Shown piece by piece: positions 1-14,359 of a stretch of 64,000 nt of DNA. A program made the position numbers and the translations under genes. The stretch comes from Eledone cirrhosa (taxonomy: Eukaryota): NCBI GenBank assembly GCA_964016885.1, contig OZ024740.1, positions 357,182,001 through 357,246,000 of the forward strand, in the 5' to 3' direction. How positions within the stretch are numbered: position 1 is the stretch's first letter; every line of letters begins with the position of its first letter. The notes below the pieces were generated by a model that searched no databases, was not told the origin of the DNA, and saw only the letters and a list, made by a program, of their open reading frames with translations.

Positions 1-1679
1 TACTAATGACTGTCATGTTTGTAGCAAAACACCTCAAGTTTATAAAATGCTTGTTCATAGAGTTCAATAATCATTGTAAGTTTGGTTATACCTTACAGAT
101 CATAACCTACACAAGAACAGCAACTGTCACACTTTGACGCAATCCACCATATCTCCGCATTGGGTCCATTAGAGTCTATCAACGTATAGAAATAAACTGG
201 ACAGTAGAGATCGTGTAACATGTCAAGAGTATCACATTGCACCCCATACAATTCATTACTACATAATGTAGATGGTGTAGTATGGTCCTCGTGTCTAGAT
301 ATCACACTGTATTCCATACAATATATCACTACAATGGGTAGATTATGCAGTATTGTTTTCATATCAAACCGACACACTACACCACATATTATTTAACCTC
401 TACATTTCGAGGTTTCAACACTACAATGTGTAATAAGATCCTCAGCAAGGCAACGAGTTGGTATAAGTGAAATGGAGTGACTGTATGTTGCACCTAGAAG
501 AAGAAGAAGAAGAAGAAGAATTAGTATTTATTTAAAGGGACCTTTACTATTTTGAAAATATTTCTTATGACGTAATAATGGTCACATTGTTTTCACAAAA
601 TCCTGATCTTGTTCATTGATATTTCATATCTTCGATGTTCCAGGAGATGGCTTTATTGGAATTCTTTGGCTTCGTCTTGATTCTTCGACAATTAGCTCCA
701 AAACAGACTCTATTGAGATATATCACTGTCAGGTATTATAGATAAACGATGAAGTTAGTTAACAATTACTAAACTTGTTGAAAGTATTACAACTGTTTCT
801 ACTATTACTACTATTACAAAAGTAGACAACTGTTTCTGGGATAAAAACAAAACCTGTGTTAACTCGTGCCTGTTACTCATAAACCACTATCACCTGGACA
901 ATAATATTTATGGAATAATCACAATACATACATTCATGGTGATTGCTTCTTCGTTGCAGATGATTGCCGTCTCCCTATGCACCCCCATCAACCGTCACCA
1001 ACTCCAAACGTCCGTTCGTGACCTCTTAGGTGGCTTTTAAGTCCAGCTTTAGATTTGCTGGACTTTGCAGCAGCAGCAACAACATCCACGACAACAATAA
1101 CAATTCTACCCATATCAGTGTTTGAATTTGACGTCATTTTAGATAGGTATGTTTTACCCAATATTCCATGTTTTCGGAATGTATAAATACACTCCACATA
1201 AGGAATATTTATCCCATTTGTCTGCGACCATTCTTTCCTTTTAAATACCATTGTATATTTGTATATTATTTAACAACAATGTCGTCAGATCGTATGGGAA
1301 AGTCACAGTCTGATGACATATTTTAGATAGTTGCTGATATCTAATATCTTCCCACGATATTTGATACAATTCACATTTTTGGTTGTATCTTCGTTATAAT
1401 GATCAATACATATTTTGTAGCTATCTATATCCTTGGATTTCAGATATATAATATACGAAATTGTTGTATAAATGGGTGTGTATATGTCAAAATCAAATAG
1501 GCGGGAAACCTATCTCCACATTGTGTGGTTTGACTTGTAGGTCTAATGAGCCATCTAAGTGTGCATTAGAGACCGCATAATCAATAACACGTTTTTACCA
1601 ATGTCTTTTGTTTCTTTTATTCTCTTCTAAGATGTGGTCGTACATGGGCACGAGTTGGGTTTCACTATGTATGTATGTA

Positions 1680-2103
1680 TGGTGTTATAATTTCACAAAT
1701 TTTTGCCAATAGAGAGAGAGTCGGTTTCTAACATAGACACAAGACTCTCTCACTGGAATTTACACAACATCAACTAGGTAGATTATGTATGCATGCATGT
1801 GTAGATATGGATGTTATTGTATGTGTGGATATGTATGTTTTGAGTTGTATGTGGGCATGTGTATATGCTTTGTATCTGTACATGTGTATATGCAGTTACT
1901 ACATGCAAAATCTTTGGAATGTTTTACATATTTTTACTGTTCCATTAATGGATTGTACTTGTAATTTCCTAACTAGTTGTGTTCTTTCTGTTCCTGTGAA
2001 GCCTAGCTTCTCAAGATTTGTATTGAGGCAGTTACTAACATCCCAGTGCCCCAATAATCCCAGGCATAAATCTGAAGGTGTAATCAGGGTGGAGTATCTG
2101 CAT
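1680..2103 (-). mobile_element. R4/Dong-like element 3' end, third (shorter) copy
   Basis: Encodes NCLNTNLEKLGFTGTERTQLVRKLQVQSINGTVKICKTFQRFC, nearly identical to the 51304 ORF C-terminus; TATG repeats on both sides. Confidence 0.8.
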
Positions 2104-2128
2104 GTATGTATGTATGTATGTATGTATG

Positions 2129-2740
2129 TTGTCAGGTCACCAGTTGGTGCTACTGTTAGCATGTATTCCAGTACAACATGTCCCATGGTCGGGTCGTTGG
2201 CGACTAAACTGGCAACCCCACCAAGGTTTCTTGGTGAGGAGGGTGACTTTGGACATCCTGCAGGACTAAAAACAAAACCTGTCAAAGAGCAAAGGAGCTC
2301 TTAAGAGTCAATGGCCATCCAAAATCACCGGGAGAGATGACCCCTTAGCCTTTGTCAAGGCAAAATTTTAGGAGAAGGAAAACTCTGATATAACACCTGC
2401 AACCCTGATGGTATCCAATGATGTTGACTTGTTCTTCTTTTTGGTAAATATCATCTTGGTTAAGAGAGTGGGACTGGCTTTGTGCAGTGCCTTTGCTCAC
2501 TATAAAAGCTTCACGGCACAGGCATTGCTTTATATCTGGAGATCTCTCTGCACTTGTCATCACATGGTACCATGGGCCCAGAAATATGTGTCAGTAATTG
2601 TCACAAGTATAGTGTTTGTACCAGAGTTTTCAAGTCGCTGGCTGGACTAAAAAGTTACACTCGTTCAGCGCATCGGTAGGGGTTCTCCTATATGGATATA
2701 AAGGAGTGGCCGTACTCGAAAACGAGTTGGCAGCCACCAT
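2129..2740 (+). mobile_element. ~610-bp non-coding retroposon (RTE-derived, bipartite) with (TATG)n tail
   Basis: Nearly identical to 40829-41425; ends in hairpin GTGGCCGTACTCGAAAACGAGTTGGCAGCCAC followed by (ATGT)n, like the RTE 3' ends nearby; no credible ORF. Confidence 0.7.
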
Positions 2741-2749
2741 GTATGTATG

Positions 2750-2781
<32 letters not shown>

Positions 2782-2829
2782 TGTATGTATGTATGTATGT
2801 ATGTATGTATGTATGTATGTATGTATGTA

Positions 2830-3210
2830 TCAAACGGGATGTGCGCAAGCATATCTCTCAAAACAATCGCAGTTTCCATTGAATTGGTGTGCCCTGAATG
2901 TGGAAAGATTTGCTTGAGCAAATCTAGTCTCAGGAGCCACAATCGCAGCCATGTTCAGAGAGAACCAGTGTACTATGATCCCCACGGTATTGTGAAGGTT
3001 CTATTGTGAAGGTTCATAGGCAACCTGATGCAAGACCTGAGGCCAGAGAGATCCATAGTTGTCGTCAATGTGCGAAGGAGTGCAAGTCTCTAGCAGGCTT
3101 GCAAGCCATATCCGAGTCTCTAGCAGGCTTGAAAGCCATATCCGAGTGTCACACATCTGAATCTGACCAGCGATTGCAATACTCTTAGCGTGAGTTTGCA
3201 GACATCATGT
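2830..3210 (+). mobile_element. RTE-clade LINE 3' fragment with C2H2 zinc fingers
   Basis: CPECGKICLSKSSLRSHNRSH and CRQCAKECKSLAGL..; ends GCAGACATC(ATGT)n. Similar ends at 3345-3520 (CYICCRPYKSKAGLKSHLRGH) and 5045-5210. Confidence 0.65.
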
Positions 3211-5219
3211 ATGTATGTATGTATGTATGTATGTATGTATGTATGTATGTATGTATGTATGTATGTATGTATGTATGTATGTATGTATGTATGTATGTAT
3301 GTATGTATGTATGTATGTGTGTGTGTATTTAGGTATATATGTATGATAGAGGGCACATCTTTTCTCTGCTACATTTGCTGCAGGCCATACAAATCTAAAG
3401 CTGGACTTAAAAGCCACCTAAGAGGTCACGAACGGACGTTTGGAGTTGGTGACGGTTGATGGGGGTGCATAGGGAGACGGCAATCATCTGCAACGAAGAA
3501 GCAATCACCATGAATATGTATTGTGATTATTCCATAAATATTATTGTCCAGGTGATAGTGGTTTATGAGCAACAGACACGAGTTAACACGGGTTTTGTTT
3601 TTATCCCAGAAACAGTTGTCTACACGTAATACTTTCAACAAGTTTGGTAATTGTTAACTAACTTCATCGTTTATCTATAATACCTGACAGTGATATATCT
3701 CAATGTCTATCATGGAGTTAATTCTATAAGAATCAAGAATTCTAATGAATGCATCTCCTGGAACATCAAAGATATGAAATATAAATGAACAAGGTCGGGT
3801 TTTTGTGAAAACAATGTGACCATTATTACGTCATAAGAAATATTTTCAAAATAGTAAAGCTCTCTTTAAATAAATACTAATAATGACCTGGATGCAGCCC
3901 GGCCCAGAGTGTAAGAAGTTAAGGGCCGAAACACTCGCTTGAGTAAGGATTTTTCTCTGAAGACCTTCAGCTGTTCAACTTACCATGTATGTCTCTGAAT
4001 TGGCTTCATTTGAATCTACGGACGTATAGAAATAAACTGGACAGTCGAAGTTGTGTAACATGTCCAGAGTATCACATTGCACTCCATACAATTCATCACT
4101 ATATTGTATATTGCATATATAATTCAACTCTACAATGTGTAGATTATACAGTATTGTCTTCATATCAAACTGACACACTACATCTCGTACCATTTCGAGA
4201 TATCACACTGCGCTTCATATATTCAACACTAAAATGTGTAGACGGTGAAATAGGATCCACAGCCAGGCAAAGAGTTGGTATAAGTGAGGTTTAACCTCGC
4301 GAGCTGGAATTACTCTTCCAAAACGTCTCCCTCGCCATCCTCCGGGGAAATACCTTCTCTATTATGTTCGCCGGGACCGAGGGGCGGTCAGCGCGTGTGT
4401 CCCCATTTGACTATGTTACGCCTCGTCTTTCGACTGACAACCTACATGACATAAGACTTCCCAACTAGGAATAACCTGGGTCTACACAACAACAATAACA
4501 ACAACAACACCAACAACAATAATGCTATCAATATTATTGTGTTTGAATTTGACATAAATTTAGATTGGAATGTTTTACCAAATGCTCCATGTTTTGGAAA
4601 TGTATGAATCACTCCCGATGAGAAATATTTGTCACATCTGTCTCCGATCATTCTTTGCTATAAATACCATTATATATTTCTACAACAATGCCTCTAGATA
4701 TTCGATACAATCCACATTTTTGGTTGTATCGTCATATTGTAAAGATCATTATAACTTTGCTTTTCATCCTTACGAGGTCTATGAAATAAAGTACCAGTAA
4801 TGCACTGGGATTATTGCTCGCCTTGTGCCAAAAGTAGAAACAATTATACAATTTGTTGCTATCTATACTTTTGGATTGCAGAGGCTTAACATTTGAAATA
4901 ATTGTACGTGTACATGAGAGTGTATTGTGTGTGAATTTTCTATGTATGTATGTATGTATGTATGTATGTATGTATGTATGTATGTATGTATGTATGTATG
5001 TATGTATGTATGTATGTATGTATGTATGTATGTATGTATGTATGTCGAGTGCAAGGCCTTTCCCCACTTAAAAAAACTTCAAAGCAGGCATTGCTTGTTC
5101 AGGGTCTGTTACAGGTTTGTGTGACTGGCCGTAGCCGAGAAGTGCACCAAACTCTATAACCTGACAAGCGATTGCTGTAATCTTAGAAGAGTTTGCAGCC
5201 ATCATGTATGTATGTATGT

Positions 5220-5930
5220 TCTTTTATAATTTATACATTTTTACTAAGAGAGAGAGTGTGTCATTTTTAACATAGATACAAGACTCTCATTGTAATTTAG
5301 ACAACATCAACTAGGTAGATATGTATGTATGTCTGCATGCATGCATGCATGTGTGTGTGCAAATATGGATGTTATTGTATGTGTGGATGTGTACGTTTTG
5401 AGTTATATGTGTTCATGTGCATATGCTTCATATCTGTACAAGTGTATATGTAGTTATTAGATGCAGAGATTTTGGAATGTTTTGCGTATTTTTGCTATTC
5501 CATTAATAGATTGTACTTGTAATTTCCTAACTAGTTGTGTTCTTTCTGTTTCTGCTTCTAACGATTTGTATTGAGACAGTTACTAACATATCCCAGTGCC
5601 CCAATAACCACAGGCATGAATCTGAAGGTATAATCAGGGTGGAGTATTTGCAGATTTCTCATTAGTTCTGCATTTATATTCTCCTTTTCACTAATCTTCA
5701 ATATTATATTGGCATCTACTGGGCAGCTAACTTCCACTACTGTGCATGCCTTCTTTTCCCTGTCTCATACCATTATATCTGGTCTGTTATACCTGCATTT
5801 TATTGAGGTTTTTACTGGAACATTCCACCAGTACTCTTTCATATTATGTATGTGTATGTCTTCCATAGTGCTGTAGCTTTTAATGTGTTTATTGTCGGGG
5901 CTATCTTTTCTACGGATTGCATTGCACATG
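5220..5930 (-). mobile_element. R4/Dong-like element 3' end, second copy
   Basis: Reverse-complement homology to 51287-51960 (RLE region and 3' UTR), abutting (TATG)n. Confidence 0.75.
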
Positions 5931-6356
5931 TGTGTATTGTGGTTATACCATCAATCATATTGTCCAGCTGGTAGAAATCAATGAGTAACAGACTCGGATT
6001 AACAGAGGTTCTGTTTTGTATCCTGTTACAGTTGTATTAAAAAATCGTGTTTTTGTGTCACCATTATTATGTCATAATAGAAATATGTACAACACATTAG
6101 TAAAGCTCCAATTTCTGTCTCTTCAAGTAAATACTAATTGCTTATTTAATGATATGTCAATATTTCAAAATCTCTAAATACTTGACGTCATAATGGAATC
6201 TAACTCTGGAAATAAAAATAAAACAAACGAAAATTTTCAAGATGTCCAGGAGCTTTTTTTTTTTTTACAATTTATAAGAGATGAGGAAAATAGGATGTGT
6301 ATATGAGGTTAACTAATTACATACATAATACACACACACACATACAAACACACATA

Positions 6357-6480
<124 letters not shown>

Positions 6481-6499
6481 GATATATATATATATATTA

Positions 6500-7835
6500 T
6501 ACCTACTGGCCCGTCCGGCTGGCGCCCGGCTAGGTTTATCGGCATTTTATCTTTTCAGGAATCCCCCCTTCACTCCAGTGCAAAGATACGTGGTTGGTAA
6601 GGGTTAATGTGTTCTGATGTTTAGGATTCCCCAGTTCAGCAGCGAGTACGTTAAAGAAAATTGATAGTTACAACAATAAAGGCTGAACAGAGAACACATT
6701 TTTTAACAAACAATAATTTGTACAACCATAATGGAAATTCTAAGTAACAGAAAAACTTTAAATTACATCGTTAGAGCCTCAGAGTATAAAATATTTTTTG
6801 TTCGGCCCTCCGGAGCAAAGACGAAGAGATTGTTTGGCGAGCTCACCCTAGAGCATCCTACATACAATTGACCATGGGAGAAGCACTGATCTCGTAGCTC
6901 GTCTCGCGGAGAAGGTCTGTAGACGTTGACCTCTGGACACTCCTGTCAGGAGCAGGTAAGCTGTAGTGACTTAGAGGCCTACCACCAATCTCCAGGACAC
7001 TGTTTTCAAGACAAATGAGCGCCTCATAGAAAACGACATCGTATGTTACGTTCGGATTGTGTCTGCGTGTACGGTGGAGGATGTCCTCAGCTAGACTTTC
7101 GCGGTTGTTGTTCCACATTGCAAGAGGGTCGGCGAGATCGCAGTTGTGCAGCATAATAGCAAAAGTTATTCTCAGCTGAGAAGGGACTTTAGCAGTTGCT
7201 GCTTCTTGCAGGATGAGGTGCCAATGGCTGTCAAACGGTAAGTGGAACATTGATGGCCATTGGTGGTTCTCAGATCTTGGAAAGACTGTGGTCCTCTAAC
7301 CTCGAACAATAACAATGACAATAAGCCGTCTGTGCTTTCGTGAAATAAATAGGTTTTTGTTTCTGTGTATGCAAAAATATCTGTACACGAATATATATAT
7401 TAAAATAACTGATTAAAGGTTAAACAAAACCTTTCACCCTTAACGGGATCTTCTGAAACTAAAAAAATCAATCTGTGAATGCAGAAGTAAATATTTCGAG
7501 AAACGTTATTTAATGCAGACAGCCAGACATACAGAGACATATTATAAGGGCGCTACGTTATAGCTATGTATCTATCTAAAAAGACAGACTAAGAAAAAGA
7601 GGGGAATGTTGTGCGACGTCATAAGAAAAAGTGAGGTATGTCGTATAACCGGAAGTGTTGACATTTAAAATGTTAAAGAAGTGAATATTTAAATAATGTC
7701 TTAACAAAATTCAGTAGACAAAAGTACCCTCAAATTTTTACTTGGAAAAAGTTAAATCTATGGTGCTGTTTGGTCCAGCCGTTTGGCGGCGAAAAGTTTG
7801 TTAGATACATACGGCCGTCAGCTTTATATTATATA
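6500..7835 (-). mobile_element. Internally deleted Helitron
   Basis: Minus strand encodes a Helitron Rep-helicase linker (HWHLILQEAA..PSQLRITFAIML..CDLADPLAMW..LAEDIL) fused to the Pif1 helicase C-terminus CFSHGQLYVGCSRV...TKNILYSEAL; GC-rich hairpin-like 3' end near 6505-6530; 5' end ATAATATAAAGCTG next to (TA)n. Confidence 0.85.
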
Positions 7836-7853
7836 TATACATATATATATATA

Positions 7854-7977
<124 letters not shown>

Positions 7978-8143
7978 CGATAACAAAATATCGTTATAGG
8001 CAATTCAGTTAGAGGTTGTGAATACTTCGTATTGTGGATAGTTTTAGCGTACGGCGTTGTTTGACTCAACAAGAGGTTTCCGTAGGTGGCGAGTTTATGA
8101 GTTCTTGCATTCATATGTAAGTTTATCTTGGAGTAATAATATT

Positions 8144-8340
8144 GAAAGAGTGAAGAATAACATGGTCAACATTTTAACAGTTCTTCTGATGATCTGGTTA
8201 AGCTAACAACGTATTTAAAATTGAGTGGCACAGCTTCAAGTGTTCAGCAATTTTTAGACAACTTAATCAGTGAAACAATTGTTAAGACTGTAAATAAAAC
8301 CCTTTTTTGTACTGTTGACCATGTTATTCTTCACTCTTTC
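8144..8340. mobile_element. MITE-like element with ~28-bp perfect terminal inverted repeats
   Basis: GAAAGAGTGAAGAATAACATGGTCAACA at 8144 is mirrored at 8313-8340. Confidence 0.65.
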
Positions 8341-10379
8341 TTTAAACCAGCCATATCCGGCCAGAATTCTCCCACCTCTTTCTGTTCAAACCGGCTGTAA
8401 CTAGCCACTCATACTAATGTTAAGGTATTGTTTTCAAAGTAAATAATAACATCATCAAAATCTCATAGATTCGATGTGAATAATTATGTGAGATAAAGCC
8501 TTTACCATTAAAATACAATAGTATATATATAGAGTAATGTGAATGCTAAAGGGTTAAATCTTCTTCAGCATTAACAACGTGAAAGTGGATTCTAGTAAGG
8601 GCTGTGGGTTTGCGTGTAACACAAGTTTAGCATTACCAGAGTAAAAAATTATGATTTTTATTATAGGTACAAGGTCAACAATTTTTTGGAAAGGGAAAGT
8701 CGATTAAATCAACCCCAGAGCATTACTGGTATTCTATTTTATCGACCCCGTAAGGATGAAAGGCAAAGTAACCTCGGCGGGATTTGAACTCGGAACGTAA
8801 AGGGCCGTAACTCTATGTCGCTAAGCATGCTGTCCGACGCTCTAACGATTCTGCCAATCCTGGGAATGTATTTAGGTACATCAATACTTCATGCGTCAAA
8901 TAGACATATTTGTCTACAAACCAACATATCTTACAATTTCATTGGAATTTGAAATTACAAAATTCTTGTCGCAAGAGGGAATCTGAAATAGTTTTGGAAC
9001 ATTTCCTACAAGCTACAGATTTAATTTATTTATAAACATTTGCTCCATTTCTTAGCAAAGTACATCAACAGTGCAAGGGAGATAATATTCAATGTAAGGG
9101 AGATAATATCGGAAATAAAATTATTTACCGTGTTGCTCATAGTTAGATTTTTCGACTCAAATCGTAAGACTGTGAGTTCGATTAACCTGTGTTTTTGAGC
9201 AAGATACTTTATTTTACGCTGACAGAGTTGTATCTGAAATTCAAAAAGGCAGCTTTATCACTCACTCACTCAAAGTTATTCAAATAGACCATCAACTGTA
9301 TCAATATCACCAGTATATACGAGCTTGCAAATGTTAGGTGTGATGTCCCTACTTCCTTGTCTAATTCAATAAAAGAAAAAAATATACGAACTAGATACAC
9401 CATAGAACCACTTTACAGTTCACTAGACTGAGCTAATGAGACATACATGTTTTTGTTATGGACACGAAGTAATGGCGGTAACGCGGTACCATAAAATATG
9501 TAAATTATACCAGCTTTAGTGGAGCACGGGTCTAAATGCTTTCTAATATTTATGCTTTCTGGTTAGAATAGTTCCGTAGTTGAGTTTGAGACATGAACCC
9601 AACGGCTCTATGTCGTCACCCAATTTGCGAGAAGTAGCAGCTAATCTCCTTTGAATTACACAATACAGTCTTTAAAAAAGGAAAGGACACTGAATTGTCA
9701 CGGCTGGAATGCTCGATCAAAACTTTACCAGGAGCTAAACAATTAGAGCAATAACTTTGCATCTAGAGTCAATAAAATACATACCACTCATAACTGAGGT
9801 CAATGTATCAGACCTTATATCCACCTCCTATATTTTTTTTATCGCATACAAAAAAAAAAATGATAATTAATATTCAAGACGATTAAGAATAAATTATCAC
9901 TATATAGTTCTTCCACGTGGAATGAAAACAATTGTTGAAATTTTAGAACCTTATAATACCCGAATTATCAATATATAAAGAAATATTATAAGTAAGTCTA
10001 AAAGTATGAATGACAACGTTGCAACAACCGTTGGATATTATAATTGGTTGTATATGTTAAAAAGTCTGAAGAATACATAGAATTCGATCAGGCTTTCAAT
10101 TTTGTCATTCGTCCTGTAGCATTAAAGCAGCAAAGATCATTAACAACATGTTATACAGTTAAACTATTCTTACACACATGTCTTGCTTAACTATTTTTTC
10201 TCCCTGTGGAATATTGACCGACGAAATATCTCTATCCGCACTGTTGCATGCCTGGTCCCGAGCATATTTCCAGAACTTTCTTGACAGACCTCAACCAGAT
10301 TTTGATGAGTCTGCCTTGTTTCCTACGCCATCCTTCAAGCTTTCATTCGAGGGAGACCCACATTAGTATTCTCGAAGAC

Positions 10380-10900
10380 ATGCGCAACGGATGCGAACCA
10401 CTTTGTAGTAGATGTCTTCGTGTGATGTGGTAGACGCTTTTGTGTGATGATTTGTTTATCAGGCATCACGTTTTTCTTTTTCATTTTTAATTGGCTTGCT
10501 CAGGAAGAAAGAACTACACCCATAGCTATACTTATAGCAGCAGGAAAAACAATGTAGGAATTCCAGATGGTCGGCGTTCGGTGAAAGAAGACCTGCGAAT
10601 AGTGGTTATAGCAGGATCCAAGCTGAGTGCAGTCACAATAGAGGGGAGGAAGGGAGTCGGGAGTGTATAAGTGAGAATAGGACAAAACCAACTCCAACAG
10701 ACAGATCACATCAGTGGGATAGAGGTTACAGTGTGTTGGTGAGCGACTTTATAGCAATCAGTCAAGTGATATTTACCCGGATGCAGTCTAGCAGCAACAC
10801 TCCCAGATGTAGGAGCAGCAGCATTTCATTGTGGATCTCATCTGAGCTTTATAGAGAGTTAATAGTTGTTGGAAGGTGAATCTAAAGACCACTCTTTGTG
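10380..10900 (-). mobile_element. Degenerate CR1/L2-group LINE 3' fragment
   Basis: Minus-strand remnants YKAQMRSTM..C.YIW and HYSQVFFHRTPTIWNS. Confidence 0.5.
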
Positions 10901-12986
10901 GTACAGTTTTGCATATGTTTACGAGAGCGAAAGTAAGGTGATATAACAATTGTCACAACGTAGTTACGACGATGTAATGAGTACTGCCTATTCTCATGTC
11001 ACTAGCCCTATAACTTATCCACAATAAGGGTAATAATGAAGATGTATGAATTCTGTCTTTCCATGTGTTCCAGCAACTGTATCGATCCATTAGTCAATTC
11101 GTAATAAATCAATAATAAATACTAAGGGGGAGTTAATATGGCTCAGTTTCGTAATACAAAACAGGTAAGACTGAAGCTCCTACCACTCAAAATAATTTTT
11201 ATTCAGTACTGTAAACTAACAAAATACTTTATAAAATGTTGTTTTCAAATGTATGGTGAAATACACAGGCAGTATCATGCCAGGGCAAGATAAACATTAT
11301 CCGTGATTTCAGTAGCCTTGCCAGAGTTTATAAAATGTAACCTTAATGTAGTTCGTTTGTTTCCCGTTGTTAAACAAGAATCAGCAGATAAGATCCCTAA
11401 ATATAATCTTCCTTAGGCTTGCTCGTTGTTTTCTGCCTCTTTTATTTTGGGTAACATCTAGTTTTTGCATTTCTGCATTTCATCTTTTTTCCAGAATCAG
11501 TCATTTTTCAATTGACCAGCATGATTTAACTTTGCTGTGAGCCGTCGTTCAACACGAATTAGCGACATAAGTCAGCCCCTTTTACTATTTATTATTTTTT
11601 GTGATGTTGTTCTACTGGTCTTATGTAGCTAATTCTTGTATCACTTATTTGCCATTGTCATCATATAAGATGCATTTTGTTGCATCGAAGCAAACTTCTC
11701 ATTTCATCGTAGCAATTAGCTTGCAGTGAAATAATGTATTTTCCTAATATCATCTTTTGAAGACGAGGTCTCACTACTTTTTTTTTTTTTTTTCTCTTTA
11801 ATGTATATTGTCCCTTATTGTTCCTTATACCTTCATTTATTATAATTCTAGCAACAAATTTCGCCTCCAAACCCCGCCCAATTCGAGCTGTGATTTAGGT
11901 AAGGCTCGATTTTCCGGGGCAAAATCGGGGGCAAAAATTACGAGTCAAAATACTGTTTGGACAATTGCTGTGATCAGTTGTATTCAGACAGAGACAACTA
12001 GCTTTCCGACATTTAATACTTCTTTAGAACTGCAGTTCAAATGTTACTCGTGATTCTGGTCACGTTGTTTTATGAACTTTCTTTTAGTATATCTTTAGTG
12101 TCATCAACTCAACACTGTGGGATTGTTGAATAATTCCGTCTGAATAATCTGGTTCTCATTAATATCAAATGGACGTATACAAATGCAGTTCTATGTGAAA
12201 AATTTGACAATATTATTAACATATTCAACTTTCGTACTGAGTTCCAGTTTGAACCGGTTCTCTGACGTGACAATGAAGTATACGTGTGGAAAATGATATC
12301 AGATAGTTATTTTACGATAAAAAAAATGTTGCAATAATTTTGTTGTACCACATTCTCTGGAGAAACGCCTTCTCCATTCTGTCCGCCAGGGCTGTGGGGA
12401 GGCCAGCACGTGGGACCCATTTGCTCACCATACAGAGAGATAGGGAGGGCGAAAGAGATGGAGGCGATGACAATGGGAATTCGGCCCTTCCACGTTCGGA
12501 CCATATACAGAGAGTGAAACTGTGGTAATGTGATTCATCAGAGGCCTGTTTATCTTCATTACTGAAGACATATACCTTGTTATCTAATCAGTCTGAAACG
12601 TTATCAACAACTCTTTTCACGCCAGTTTCACAGTGATCACATTATTAATTAGCTTAATTAGCATAGTTATTGAGAAGATGCCTTTAATTGCTGATGCCTT
12701 TAATTGCGATGTTCCCAAGATCCTTATCCTGCAGACATTAACAACAGTTAACCTTTTAACCACAACAGAATATTTCCCTAAATATTGAATTTCTTTTGTC
12801 GGCAAAATCTGTTATTATCATTAATATCTATCATAGTTCTCGTATTTCTTTATAGCTGTTAATGTACAATATATTCATGATATTTCGTAGAGCCGTCTTA
12901 ACGCATGGGCACACTAAGCAGTTACCCGGCGAGAACAACCGTGTGTAGGGTCTCAATACTATCTATGTATACTGTGGCTGCATACA

Positions 12987-13177
12987 CGAGGAGGCGCTGA
13001 AAAGTTCCTGGATTTGGGTAAAAGAAACTATAAGAAAATCAGTTAATCATAATTTTATTCAACATATTCCCCTCTCATTTCACTTACTTATTGCAGCGCC
13101 CATACCTTCTCCGTAAAGGTAACAGATAGATCCTTTCGTGATAATCTTAAAGCCAGGAACTTTTCAGCGCCCCCTCG
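12987..13177. mobile_element. Tc1/mariner-type MITE
   Basis: TIRs CGAGGAGGCGCTGAAAAGTTCCTGG / CCAGGAACTTTTCAGCGCCCCCTCG, with TA at the right end. Confidence 0.75.
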
Positions 13178-13776
13178 TATTGGAGTCCCAGTGCATTACG
13201 TTTCCCGAGTAGGGGCTATATTTACGTTTAGACGGTGTCATATAACATTTTTTTTTTTTCATCATGAGCGTTGAAAGTAGAAGAAAATAGATGTTTTTCA
13301 ATAAAATAGACTTTATTTTGCTTCATTCAGTGAGGAAAGTGAACACATTTATTTGTTAAATCTCACATCTGGGAAACTTTTATTTTTAACTAAGTGAAGA
13401 GGTTTAACTTTTTTCCCCCTGTATTTATATAAAACATTGATTCGTTTTCGGCTACTGCAAAAGTGACATTTTAGATACTGAATTTTATTGTTCATTAACC
13501 ATATTAGAAAAAAAAAAATTTGTATGCAATCTCAGATATTCAATGAAGTCCGCAGGCCAGATGAAATGAAGCTGTGAGTCAGATTTGACCTGTGGTCCGT
13601 AGCCTACCGATCCCTGCGTTAGACGAAACTGCTCAATCCAAAAGCAGAGTGTACCAAACATAATTCAGTAATATATACGTAAAAAATGTACTTATAAAAG
13701 TTAGCATCCTAAGTCGATAACATTTATCCTCATTGATTTGGGATATATAATTTTCTAAGTATAATTTTGTTACTAG

Positions 13777-13808
<32 letters not shown>

Positions 13809-13812
13809 CTAG

Positions 13813-13855
<43 letters not shown>

Positions 13856-14019
13856 GTTTCTACACAAACGTATATATATATATATATATAAAATAAAATA
13901 AAATAAAATATTTATTTTATTTTATTTTACATTACTCCGGAGTAACCAAACTAACCTGCGTACTTCGTCGAGTGCTCCAATCTGCATATTGAGGTGTTGG
14001 TATACAACCAACATATACT

Positions 14020-14063
<44 letters not shown>

Positions 14064-14067
<4 letters not shown>

Positions 14068-14250
14068 GTTTCTACTTTTTGGCACAAGGCCAGCAATTAC
14101 TCAGTGCATTACTGGTACTTTATTTTATCGACCCGTAAGGGTGAAAGGAAAAGTTAACCTCGGCGGGATTTGAACTCAGAATGGCAAGGGCCGTAACTCA
14201 ATGCGTCAAAGCATGGCGTCCGACCCTCTACCGATACTGCCAATCCACCG

Positions 14251-14252
<2 letters not shown>
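14064..14252 (-). mobile_element. tRNA-derived SINE, same family
   Basis: Reverse complement of the consensus above. Further full or partial copies at ~4750-4845, 8655-8860, 15385-15515, 16990-17175, 19418-19700, 21010-21360, 28038-28600, 30960-31150, 48230-48390, 56262-56442, 59196-59340 and 61858-61955. Confidence 0.85.
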
Positions 14253-14323
<71 letters not shown>

Positions 14324-14359
14324 ATATATATATATATTTTTATTTTATTTTATAGAAGG

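Larger units (their letters stand above)
521..3880. repeat. Inverted segmental duplication (~521-1056 vs ~3391-3880)
   Basis: Reverse-complement match covering an RTE 3' end plus unique flank; direct paralogy also between ~180-480 and 4020-4290, and ~1090-1400 and 4520-4745. Confidence 0.8.

Noticed and set aside
2131-2215. Complete HDV-like or twister ribozyme at the 5' end of the TATG-tailed retroposon
   Set aside because: Only a J4/2-P2-like end is visible; no consistent P1/P3/P1.1 across the three copies, so it is not called.
3885-3970. GGCCC/GGGCC-GAAAC...CTGAAGA as a permuted hammerhead
   Set aside because: Core elements and stems cannot be assembled into a consistent type I, II or III topology.
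13931-14020. Insert in (TA)n with palindrome TTACTCCGGAGTAA and CTCGACGA
   Set aside because: Possibly another truncated PLE end, but both core halves are defective.
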